Below, in pieces: positions 26,880-37,629 of a stretch of 64,000 nt of DNA; positions within the stretch are counted from its first letter, which is position 1; each line of letters begins with the position of its first letter. The stretch comes from Eledone cirrhosa (lineage: Eukaryota). The translations under genes and the position numbers were made by a program. The notes beneath the pieces are model-generated. The model was not told the DNA's origin and did no database searches. It saw only the letters and a program-made list of their open reading frames with translations. The DNA lies in assembly GCA_964016885.1 (NCBI GenBank), contig OZ024740.1, positions 5,580,001 to 5,644,000 of the forward strand, read 5' to 3'.

Positions 26880-26882
<3 letters not shown>
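26640..26882. mobile_element. Palindromic (TA)n-embedded element with a hammerhead motif in each arm
   Basis: Arms about 26708-26784 and 26806-26882. Homologous to 31500-31745. Confidence 0.75.
26740..26775 (-). ncRNA. Minimal type I hammerhead motif
   Basis: Minus strand gag-CTGAGGA-tccgctaaggt-GAAAC-aatt-GTT-ctc with palindromic stem III. The plus-arm copy (26814-26851) has ATGAGGA. Confidence 0.65.
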
Positions 26883-26951
<69 letters not shown>

Positions 26952-27748
26952 ATATATCTATACATGAAATATGTTTTTGGTTTAATTCAAGAGAGAATGG
27001 TTTAATAATAGGCGATGTTTCATTCTTCCTTGAAATACTAATCAAAGATGATAAAAAACTGTTAAGAAAGAAAAACGTTAAATTTAACAACAATTCATAT
27101 GAAATATTTCACACCTCTTCTCCCTCTCTCTTGTAATATCTTCCTTAAATTCTATCCCTCCTTCACCACCACCACCACCACCACTAATAATTCAAAGGGA
27201 TTTGAATTGTCAAGGATGACTAAGAAGATGTTGGGTTGAGAGAATTGTTAGAGCATCGAAAAGTAAAAAATGTTCTATTATATTTGTGAGTTCCAATCCT
27301 CTTGGTGTTCACTTTACTATTTATTCCACCAAAGTTGATATAACCCCTTCTGGACACTTCACAAAATGTTGTAACTTTTGAGTAAAATATGCAATGAGAG
27401 GTGATTCTGGGGTAAATCCCATAATTAGAGGTAACCTTAATGAAAACTTAACAATGGGAGGTAACTTTTGGGTAAACAGCGGTTTACTAACCTTCATCCT
27501 TGTTTACTGATGTGTACTGAGGCTTATTGGTATTTATTAGTCTTCGCTGGTGTTTACTGGTGTTTATACCTGTTCACTAATTTAAAACGCTGTTTACATT
27601 GTGGTTTATTGGTATTTTCTCCTGTTCACTGGTATTCACAATAGACTGATTCCTTGTTTCAGGAATGCCTACCACTTCTGTAGTAGAGTCTAATAAGACA
27701 CCTGTGTGCTTCTGTGCATTTATTAGTGTACACATTTATATATATATA

Positions 27749-28755
27749 CTAGCTCTTTCAACTGCGCAGAGGGTTCTATAGAAATAGTGGACAGCTTCCG
27801 TTACCTGGGTGACAAATTCAGCAGTGGGGGAGGGTGCTCTGGAAGTACAGTAGCTAGAGTCAGAACTGGATGGAAAAAGTTCAGAGAGCTTATACCACTA
27901 TTAGCCGCTAAAGGTTTCTCCCTAAAAATGAAAGGCAGGTTGTATGATGCCTGCATACGAACAGCAATGTTGCATGGCAGTGAGACCTGGGCATTGTGTG
28001 CAGAGGATATACGCAGACTAGAGAGGAACGAAGCTTGCATGCTCCGCTGGATGTGTAATAGTAATATACGTGAACGGCAAAGCATAAACGAACTAAGGAA
28101 AACATTAGAAATAAGAGGGATCAGATGTTGTTTACTCGAGAGAAGGCTACGTTGGTATGGTCACGTGATGCGCATGAAAGACGATAGCTGTATAACAAAG
28201 TGCAGGGCAATAAAGATAGACGGTAGCCACGGAATAGGCAGACCCAGAAAAACCTGGGACGAGCTGATAAATTCCGACCTCACACACTTACACCTCTCCA
28301 AGACAATGTCACTGGACCGAGACCTTTGGCGGTACTCAGTAATAGAGAAGACCCGCCTTACCTAAATACAAAGTAAAACCTACTACAGTCAGTAGGCATC
28401 TCTAACAAAATACACCCTCGTCCCACCACCCCCACCCCATCCACACCGCCCCTTTCAATGTAAAGTTATGTTGGTGCCACAACATCCAGGCCGAAACAAA
28501 TGAGATCGTGTAGGTGTCACGACAAAAAACACACAGTCCACGCTGTAATGTGGCCATCTAGGCAACACGGTAAAAACCTCCCAGTCCCACACTGTAAATG
28601 TGGTTGGTGTTAGGAAGGGCATCCAGCTGTAGAAAACCCGCCAGACAGTCCTATGCGAGCAAGGCAATCACTCTTGCCTCAAGTGGGAAAACCCCCGTCC
28701 AAACCCATGCAAGCGTGGAACACGGACGTTAAACGTTGATGATGATGATGATGAT
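27749..28755 (+). mobile_element. RTE family A, 5'-truncated, young
   Basis: Uninterrupted ORF 27787-28365 (FRYLG...RRLRWYGHVMR), 3' UTR, (GAT)n tail, TA flanks. Confidence 0.95.
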
Positions 28756-28778
28756 ATATATATATATATATATATATA

Positions 28779-30520
28779 TTGAAGGTCACAGAAAGAGTTA
28801 TAGCGCAACTAATCAGAGAGCGAATTGATCTAGATGAAAAGCAGTTTGGGTTTGTGTCAAGTAAAAGTACTACAGACACTCTTTTCCGTGTATGACAACT
28901 ACAGGAGAAGTACCTAACCAAAAGTAAACCCCATTACTTAACTTTTGTAGACCTGGAGAAAGCCTTTGACAGAGTCCCCCGCTCCATTATCTGGTGGGCT
29001 CTTAGAAAACTAGGGGTTGATGAATGGTTGATGAACAAGCTATGTATAAAGAAACAGTCAGTAAGGTTAGAATTAACAATGAATATTGTGATGAATTTAG
29101 TGTAAAAGTTGGCATTCACCAAGGCTCTGTCCTTAGCCACCTCCTATTTATTATTCCCTTCAGGCTATAACAGAGGAGTTCAAGACCTGCTACCCATGTG
29201 AACTTTTAAATGCAGATGATCTAACGCTCATAGCTGAATCGATGGATGAACTAGAGAATAAATTCCAAACATGGAAGCATGGCCTAGAATCAAAAGGCCT
29301 TAAAGTTAACTTGTCTAAGACTAAAGTTCTAGTACGTAGGAAGGAAAATAAGGCACATGTCCCCTCTGGGAAATGGCCATGCTCAGTGTGTAGGAAATGA
29401 ATAGGCAGAAATTCCATCTTATGTCCCAAATGCAAAGTATGGATGCATAAAATATGTAGTGGGTTCACAGGTAAGCTATCTAAGAATGTAGATTTTATAT
29501 GTGGCCGATGCTCAGGTGCAATAAGTAGCAAGTGCCCACAGGATACTAGCTCCTTCTATTGCCCAGATGGCTCTATAGAAATAGTTACCTGGGTGACAAA
29601 ATCAGCAGTGGTGGAGGGTGTTCTGAAGGCACAGTAGCCAGAGTTAGAACGGGATGGAAAAAGTTCAGAGAGCTTATACTACTATTGGCCACAAAAGGTT
29701 TCTCTCTAAAAATGAAAGGCAGACTGTATGATGCCTGCATACGAACAGCAATGTTACATGGCAGTGAGACCTGGGCATTGTGTGCAGAGGATCTGTGCAG
29801 ACTGGAGAGGAACGAAGCATGCATGTTCCGTTGCATGTGTATTAGTAATATACGTGAACAGCAAAGCATAAATGAACTAAGTGAGAAATTAGGTATAAGC
29901 GTGATCAGATGCTGTTTACTCGAGAGAAGACTATGTTGGTATGATCACGTGTTGCGCATGAAAGACGACAGCTGTATAAAAAATTGCAGGGCGATCAAAA
30001 TTGATGGAAGTTACGGAGTAGGTAGACCCAGAAAAACCTGGGATAATTTGATAAATTCCGACCTTACATACTTACACCTCTCTAAGACAATGTCACTGGA
30101 CTGAGATCTTTGGCTCTACGCAGTAATACAGAAGACCCGCTTTGCGTAAGTACAAAGCAAAACCTACAGTCAGCAGGCACCTCTTAATCAAATATCCACT
30201 CCCTCCCACTACCCCCCCCCCCATCAACACCACCCTTTCTCTGTAAAGTTATATTGGTACCACAACATCCAGTCCTAAATAAATGAGGTCGTGTAGGTGT
30301 CACGACAAAAAACACACAGTCCACACTGTAATGTGGCCGTGTAGGTAACACGGTAAAAACCCCCCAGTCCACACTGTAAACGTAGTTGGTGTTAGGAAGG
30401 GCACCCAGCTGTAGAAAACCTGCCAGGCAGTCCATACGAGCGAGACGACCAATCTTGCCTCAAACGGGACAACTCCCGTCTAAACCCATGCTAGCGTGGA
30501 AGATAGACGTTAAACAATGA

Positions 30521-30523
<3 letters not shown>
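28779..30523 (+). mobile_element. RTE family A, 5'-truncated, degenerate
   Basis: Colinear with about 3266-5030; many stops; TA flanks. Confidence 0.93.
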
Positions 30524-30564
<41 letters not shown>

Positions 30565-30565
<1 letters not shown>

Positions 30566-31073
30566 TAATTGAAAATAAAAAAGAGATAAATCATAAGGGT
30601 TTGCCAGACTCAATTTAAGAATAAATCAAGAAAATAAATACAAACCAATATTGGGGTAACTACCCAGACAGCTTTTGGTGATGCTGTTTCACAATTTTAG
30701 TGAAGAGATTTACCAAGTGAAGGGTTTACTAATTTTACACCGACTGATGAGCAAAAGAATTGGTAATTCTCTTAACTAAAATTGCGAAACAGTTTCACCA
30801 AAGCTGTCTGGGTGTCTGGTAGTTACCCCAATATTGGTTTGTATTTATTTTCTTGATTTATTCTTAAATTGAGTCTGGCAAACCCTATTGTTCATAGTTA
30901 GTATCTTTTTCACCCTAGCAAATCTGGTCCCTTACGATTTAAACACATATATGTATATATCTGTATATCTGTGCTTATCTATCTTTTATATTCAATTATA
31001 TTATACTGCTCGGAAAAATCTCTTTCCTTGAGCTATTTAATTGTAAGAGTCTATTTTGAGTTTCTAATCTAAC

Positions 31074-31078
<5 letters not shown>
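30565..31078. mobile_element. Palindromic (TA)n-embedded Penelope-like remnant
   Basis: Inverted arms about 30596-30710 and 30760-30886; contains a canonical hammerhead. Confidence 0.75.
30737..30815 (+). ncRNA. Type I hammerhead ribozyme, canonical core
   Basis: acaccga-CTGATGA-gcaa...ttgc-GAAAC-agtt(tcacca)aagct-GTC-tgggtgt. All core nucleotides are present, stem III is about 7 bp, and stem I pairs 6 of 7. Confidence 0.85.
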
Positions 31079-31125
<47 letters not shown>

Positions 31126-31204
31126 GAGGTTATATTTAATTTGTTGGGATTCAACAAGCTTAAACATTTTTTATAACTGATGTAAAGCACTCAACAAATC
31201 AGTG

Positions 31205-31445
31205 GAGTAAATACACAATATATTAATAAATGGAAACTATATTTATAAAACCATATATACTATCCAGGAAGCTCCAAACGTTAAGGTTGTCTTTTTTCTG
31301 GGTATGTCAATATTTATTTATAAAACAAATCTGTATTTTATCTGATGAAAGCACACCATAATTTGCCTTGGTTGCCCTTGAAATATGTATAATAAAATAA
31401 ATATGGTTTTATAAATATAGTTTCCATTTATTAATATATTGTATA
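31205..31445. mobile_element. Inverted-repeat element with a hammerhead motif at 31334-31399 (+)
   Basis: Arms about 31217-31256 and 31401-31440. tattttat-CTGATGA-aag...ctt-GAA-atatgtat-A-ataaaata gives an 8-bp stem I and an AUA triplet. Confidence 0.7.
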
Positions 31446-31499
31446 TATATATGTATATGTTATATATATATATATATATACATATATACATATAATAGT

Positions 31500-31745
31500 A
31501 TAACACTGGTGGGTTCTATCCATAGTAGTAGAGTCCTCCATCTATGAGACGAGTTTGGTAGAAGTAGTTCCACAACAATTAATTCACCATTTCCGAGAAC
31601 AATTGTTTCACCTGAGTCGGATCATCAGCTTGTACAATTGTTTTACCTTTTCTGTATAATCTCATTTAAACCCAGCTGATGATCCAACTAAGGTGAAACA
31701 GTTATTCTCAGAAATGGTGAGTTAACTGTTGTTGTGGAACTACAT
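31500..31745. mobile_element. Second copy of the 26640 palindromic family; hammerhead motifs at 31594-31632 (-) and 31672-31710 (+)
   Basis: Minus strand CTGATGA-tccgactcaggt-GAAAC-aattGTT. Plus strand CTGATGA-tccaactaaggt-GAAAC-agttatt. Confidence 0.72.
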
Positions 31746-31939
31746 CTGTATATATATATATATGTATGTATATGTTAGTGTGTATGTGTATATGTATATA
31801 TATATATATATATATATCATATATATATATAAGTATAGCTATATATATATATATTTAAAAGTTAAACAAGGTTCAATGAATAAATCAAAGAATGAGTTTT
31901 ACAATAGATTGGAAGCACCCAACTAAAATAATTTTCCAG

Positions 31940-32235
31940 AGTTATTAATATTAATTCAAAATATTAACAAAATAGATATTCTTGTGATCAAGTATATTTT
32001 ATTGTACATATTTCAGAGGTACTGAGTTAACTTCAACAGTACGTCCTCATCAGATAAAATAAGATGATGCATGACATACCCTGACATAGTAGATGGTTAA
32101 GATTCAGTCATGGTAGTCTACATCATGCATCATCTTATTTTATCTGATGAGGTTAACTCAGTACCTCTGAAATATGTATAATAAAATATACTTGATCACA
32201 AGAATATCTATTTTGTTAATATTTCGAATTAATAT
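31940..32235. mobile_element. Palindromic element with hammerhead motifs at 31995-32061 (-) and 32136-32188 (+)
   Basis: Arms about 31946-32074 and 32123-32235. tattttat-CTGATGA-gg...ctct-GAA-atatgtat-A-ataaaata. The plus arm has a stem II deletion and the minus arm has U16.1 changed to C. Confidence 0.72.
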
Positions 32236-32389
32236 ATATAAATATATATATATAACGTGGGTAATAAGTTTTGATATATTTGCGTTTGACTTTTGTTATC
32301 AACTGCGATGATTCCGGCCTTGTGCCAGGATGAAACGATCATCGGTAATTGAATATTTGAAAGTTTAAACATTCTTTGATTGTTGTTTA

Positions 32390-32419
<30 letters not shown>

Positions 32420-32422
<3 letters not shown>

Positions 32423-34015
32423 ATCATCATCATCATTTTACGTCTGCTTTTCCCTGCTTGCAAGGATAGGATGGGTCCTATTCAACGCAGCATCTCTCCA
32501 TTTGTCACAGAATTTTGTCATCCCCTCCATGAGCTTCAGTGATCTGAGGTCAGCTCTCACCACCTTCGCCTATGTTTTTCGTGGTCTTCCTAGACTGCGT
32601 CTTCCTTCTACTGGGATTTCTTGGCACTTCTTTACTCAGCGGTCATCCTCCATGTGCATCCCATGTCCATACCCATGCAGTCTTCTCTCCCACACACTAC
32701 AACCTATTCCTCTTATACACAATTTCTCTCTCAACTCGTCTATGCTTAGTCGTTCACGCACATTGACATTGCACATCCAACAGAGCATGCTTGCCTAATT
32801 TCTCTCCAGCTGTCGCATATCATCTGCAGTTGCTGCCCATATCTAACTACTATGCAGCATCGCACATCTCACATAGGCATCATATAACCAACCTTTCTGG
32901 AGAAACCCTTCTTTGTCAATAGAGGAACCAGCTCCCTAAACTTCTTCCAACCCGTCCTTATTCTAGATACTATGGCATCAGAGCACCCTCCTCCCTTACT
33001 AATCTGATCACCTAGGTATCGGAAGCTATCAACCACTTCTATAGGTCCTACCCACATTTGAAAAATATGTCTATCACTGCGACTACTACTGTCAAATTTC
33101 CCTGTACATCTACTGCATATATAGTTTTCCCTACCTGTTAGCTTGCCTGCTATCTCACTACATTTCTTGTGTACCCAAGATCTGCATTGTGTACATTTTA
33201 TAGAATTTATGCCAACTCCTTTCCTACATATTGAACATGACCATTTCCCTGATGGAATCAGAGTAGTGTCCTCTCTTCTTATCAACACATTTGTCTTAGC
33301 TAGATTTACTCTCAGTCCTCTTGATTCCAACTGTTGTTTCCATAACCAGAATTTATTCTCTAGCTCCCCTACTGATTCTGCTATAAGTACCAGATCGTCA
33401 GCATAGAGAAGTTCCCATGGACAGCCAGTCTTAAACTCCTCTGTTATGGCTTGGAGGACTATAATGAACAAGAGAGGGCTGAGGACCGAACCTTGATGTT
33501 TCTCCTACATGTATTTGGAATTCCTCACTAAACTCCATTCCTACTCTCACTTTACTGACAGCACCTCTGTACAAAGCTTGCACTGTCCTCACAAGCCATT
33601 CCTCTACACCTAGTTGCCGTAGGGACCACCAGATGACTGATTGGGGTACCCTATCAAAGGCCTTCTCTAGGTCAACAAAAGCTAAGTAAAGTGGCTTATT
33701 CTTTTCTAAGAACCTCTCTTGTAGTTGTCTCACTAAAAAGAGGGCATCTGTTGTACTTTTCCCAGGCACAAAACCAAACTGCATCTCATCTAATTTTACC
33801 CTTTCTCTAATTAGCTAATATCCTTTCTGCCACTTTCATAACCTGATCTATCAGTTTTATGGCCCTATAATTGCTCCTCTCCATAGCCTCCCCCTTTACC
33901 TTTGTAGCAATTTATAAGGATACTGCTGCACCAGTCTTTGGGTATGACTCTGTCATATATAGCTTGATTGACGATGAGTGCAAACAGTTTAGTTCCTACT
34001 TCTCCTGATGCCTTC
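32420..34015 (-). mobile_element. RTE family C, 5'-truncated
   Basis: ORFs 33431-33784 and 32869-33471 (LLYADDL, PHD-like block, FRYLG); same tail as 25870-25938. Confidence 0.93.
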
Positions 34016-34795
34016 AAAAGCAAAAGGTGGTTGTGACTTTGTAGTTTATACAACATTAATGATAATAATATATATTCATTTAAAAAAAAGTTAATCATGT
34101 AGAAAATCGTACCCAACTCATTGTCCATTACCCCATCAAATTCATAGAGAATTCTCTGTAGGAATACACCATAATTCTTATGAATGAGAGTTACAATTAA
34201 AACTAGCAGACAGCTGCACTTAATATACTTAATATATTCTAAATTCTTTTATCTCAGATGACACTAAGTGTAAAAAAAAAAAAAGAATTGATAAATTCTT
34301 CACGAAAACGATTTATATTCTATACCTAAGAATGAAGAGGATTCTAAAGTTCTGGAAACCTAAAACCAAACTTTCATTTCTATTCGAAATAGAAGGTTGT
34401 TACTTAACAGGAAAAAAAAAAGTAAACTTAATATGAACTTTATATATTTGAACATTATAAGTTCAACCAGAGAATTTTCAATTGTTTTTTTAAATTTGTA
34501 TATTTTTAAAAAAAATCAAATTATTTTCCTGTATTCTGTTCTGGTTCTAGGCACTGTTGTTTTACACAAACAACAATATTTTTTTATTTATTTATTCCTT
34601 ACCAAAGATATATAATCCCATTTGAGTTTGGAAAGATTTTGGTAATAAAAGACACTTAGACTTTGTAAGATCTAATCTTAAAGAGAATCTTGGGAAATTA
34701 AAATCCCTGAAAATTTCAAGAAGCAAGCAAGCAAGGAAGCAAGCAAAAAAAACCCCGAAACAAAAAAAAACAAATATATATATATATAAACTCAT

Positions 34796-34882
<87 letters not shown>

Positions 34883-34926
34883 AAGAGGCATAGAGAGAGA
34901 GAGAGAGAAAGAGGCATAGAGAGAGT

Positions 34927-34985
<59 letters not shown>

Positions 34986-34990
34986 GGGGA
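34796..34990. repeat. Compound (CA)n(TA)n(GA)n microsatellite
   Basis: Direct reading. Confidence 0.95.
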
Positions 34991-35137
34991 GTAATATTTC
35001 GACAAATACAATTCTCCTTTCTTTTTTCCTTTCCTTCTTCTTCAGTAAATTTCTAAATAAATCTATTTTATTGCAATAAAAATTGAAAGAAACTAAGGAT
35101 CCTGAACAATTTCTCTTATGCGTGTGTATATATATAA

Positions 35138-35170
<33 letters not shown>

Positions 35171-35505
35171 GAAGGCACATGGCGTAGTAGTTAGAGCATT
35201 GGGCTTGCAATCGAAAGGTTGTGAGTTGAATTCTCAGACCGGGTGATGTGTTGTTTCCTTGAGCAAGACACTTTATTTCACATTGCTCCAGTTTACTCAG
35301 CTGTAGAAATGAGATGATAGGGACTGGGGGCCCTATCATTCCACTGCAAAGTGGTCGTGGAGGTGCCACGGCAAAAAAGCACCCAGCACTCACTGTAAAT
35401 GAGGTTGGTGTTAGGAAGGGCATCCAGCTGTAGAAATCAAGCCAGAATCAGTTCCCGTCCCACCCTTGCAAGCAGGGAAAAGTGGACGTAAAATGATGAT
35501 GATGA
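35171..35505 (+). mobile_element. Full-length tRNA/CORE-type SINE with RTE-derived body and tail
   Basis: Same family as 21774-22152: A- and B-box-like head, CORE-like segment, ggttggtgttaggaagggcatccagc, tail caagcagggaaaagtggacgtaaaa(tga)n. Confidence 0.9.
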
Positions 35506-35539
35506 TATGTCTGGCTGTATGTGTATGTGTAACAATGTG

Positions 35540-35920
35540 CGCGTGTGTGTGTATATATATATATGTCTGTCATTCTATGTATGTGTGAGAGTGTGTGTGT
35601 GTGTCTGTATATATGTATATATATGTCTGTCAATCTATGTATGTGTGAGAGTGTGTGTGTGTCTGTATATATGTATATATATGTCTGTCTATGTATCTGT
35701 GAGAGTGTGTGTGTGTGTCTGTATATATATATATATATATATGTCTGTCAATCTATGTATGTGTGAGAGTGTGTGTGTGTCTGTATATATGTATATATAT
35801 GTCTGTCTGTCTATGTATGTGTGAGAGAGTGTGTGTGTGTGTCTGTATATATGTATATATATGTCTGTCTGTCTATGTATGTGTGAGAGTGTGTGTGTGT
35901 GTCTGTATATATATATATAT
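35540..35920. repeat. Compound (GT/AT) tandem repeat with a unit of about 58-62 bp, interrupted by an RTE and resuming at about 37306
   Basis: Unit atatatgtctgtcaatctatgtatgtgtgagagtgtgtgtgtgtctgtat.. Confidence 0.85.
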
Positions 35921-37255
35921 ATCATCATCATCATCATCATCAACGTTTAACGTCCGTGTTCCACGCTTGCATGGGTTTGGACGGGAGTTTTCCCACTTGA
36001 GGCAAGAGTGGTTGTCTTGCTCGCATAGGACTGTCTGGCGGGTTTTCTACAGCTGGATGCCCTTCCTAACACCAACCACATTTACAGTGTGGGGCTGGGA
36101 GGTTTTTACCATGTTACCTACACGGCCACATTCCAGCGTGAACTGTGTGTTTTTTTTGACGTGACACCTACACGATCTCATTTGTTTCGGCCTGGATGTT
36201 GTGGCACCAACATAACTTTACATTGAAAGGGGCGGTGTGGATGGGGTGTGGGGGGGGGGGTATTTTGTTAGAGATGCCTACTGACTGTAGTAGGTTTTAC
36301 TTTGTATTTAGGTAAGGCGGGTCTTCTCTATTACTGAGTATCGCCAAAGGTCTCGGTCCAGTGACATTGTCTTGGTGAGGTGTTAGTGTGTGAGGTCGGA
36401 ATTTATCAGCTCGTCCCAGGTTTTTCTGGGTCTGCCTATTCCGTGGCTACCGTCTATCTTTATTGCCCTGAACTTTGTTATACAGCTATCGTCCTTCATG
36501 CGCATCACGTGACCATACCAACGTAGCCTTCTCTCGAGTAAACAACATCTGATCCCTCTTATTTCTAATTTTTTCCTTAGTTCGTTTATGCTTTGCCGTT
36601 CTCGTATATTACTATTACACATCCAGCGGAGCATGCAAGCTTCGTTTCTCTCTAGTCTGCGTATATCCTCTGCACACAATGCCCAGGTCTAACTGCCATG
36701 CAACATTGCTGTTCGTATGCAGGCATCGTACAACCTGCCTTTCATTTTTAGGGAGAACCCTTTAGCGGCTAATAGTGGTATAAGCTCTCTGAACTTTTTC
36801 CATCCAGTTCTGACTCTAGCTACTGTACTTTCAGAGCACCCTCCCCCACTGCTGATTGTGTCACCCAGGTAACGGAAGGTGTCCATTATTTCTATAGAAC
36901 CCTCTGCGCAGTTGAAAGAGCTAGTATTTTGTGGGCACTTGCTGCTACTTATTGCACCAGAGCACCGGCCACATGTAAATCTATGTTCTTAGTTAGCTCA
37001 CCTGTGATCCCACTACATCTTTTATGCACCCATACTTTGCATTTGGGACACAAAATGGAGTTTCTACTTACGCCTTTCCTACACACTGAGCATGGCCATT
37101 TCCCGAAAGGGACCGCCGCCTTATTTTCTTTCTTCCAAACTAGAACTTTAGTCTTAGCCAGGTTAATTTTAAGGCCTTTTGATTGTAGGCCGTGCTTCCA
37201 TGTTTGGAATTTCTTCTCTAGCTCGGCCATTGATTCAGCTATGAGTGTTAGGTCA

Positions 37256-37258
<3 letters not shown>
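35921..37258 (-). mobile_element. RTE family A, 5'-truncated
   Basis: ORFs 36949-37230, 36689-36886 and 36383-36679. Near-identical reverse complement of 27749-28755. (TA)n on both sides. Confidence 0.95.
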
Positions 37259-37305
<47 letters not shown>

Positions 37306-37309
<4 letters not shown>

Positions 37310-37625
37310 TGTCTATGTATGTGTGAGAGTGTGTATGTGTCTGTGTGTCTGAGTGTCTGTGTGTCTGTATCTGTGTGTCTGTGTCTGATTGGGGAGTGCC
37401 TGTGTCTATGTGTCTGTGCGTCTGTGTGGAGGAGTGTCTGTGTCTGTGTATGTGTGTCTGAGTGTCTGTGTGTCTGTGTGTCTGTGTGTCTGTGTGTCTG
37501 TGTGTGTCTGTGTGTCTGTGTGTGTGTGTCTGTGTGTCTGTGTGTCTGTGTGTCTGTGTGTGTCTGTGGGTCTGTGTGTGTGTGTCTGTGTGTCTGTGTG
37601 TCTGTGTGTCTGTATGTGAATGTAT
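37306..37625. repeat. Imperfect (GTGTGTCT)n microsatellite
   Basis: Direct reading. Confidence 0.9.
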
Positions 37626-37629
37626 GCAG

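Noticed and set aside
27663-27703. Small exon candidate after ttgtttcag
   Set aside because: Weak donor (gtgtgc) and no recognisable homology
35171-35245. tRNA gene
   Set aside because: The A/B-box-like head continues into a CORE-like body and RTE tail, so it is a SINE head
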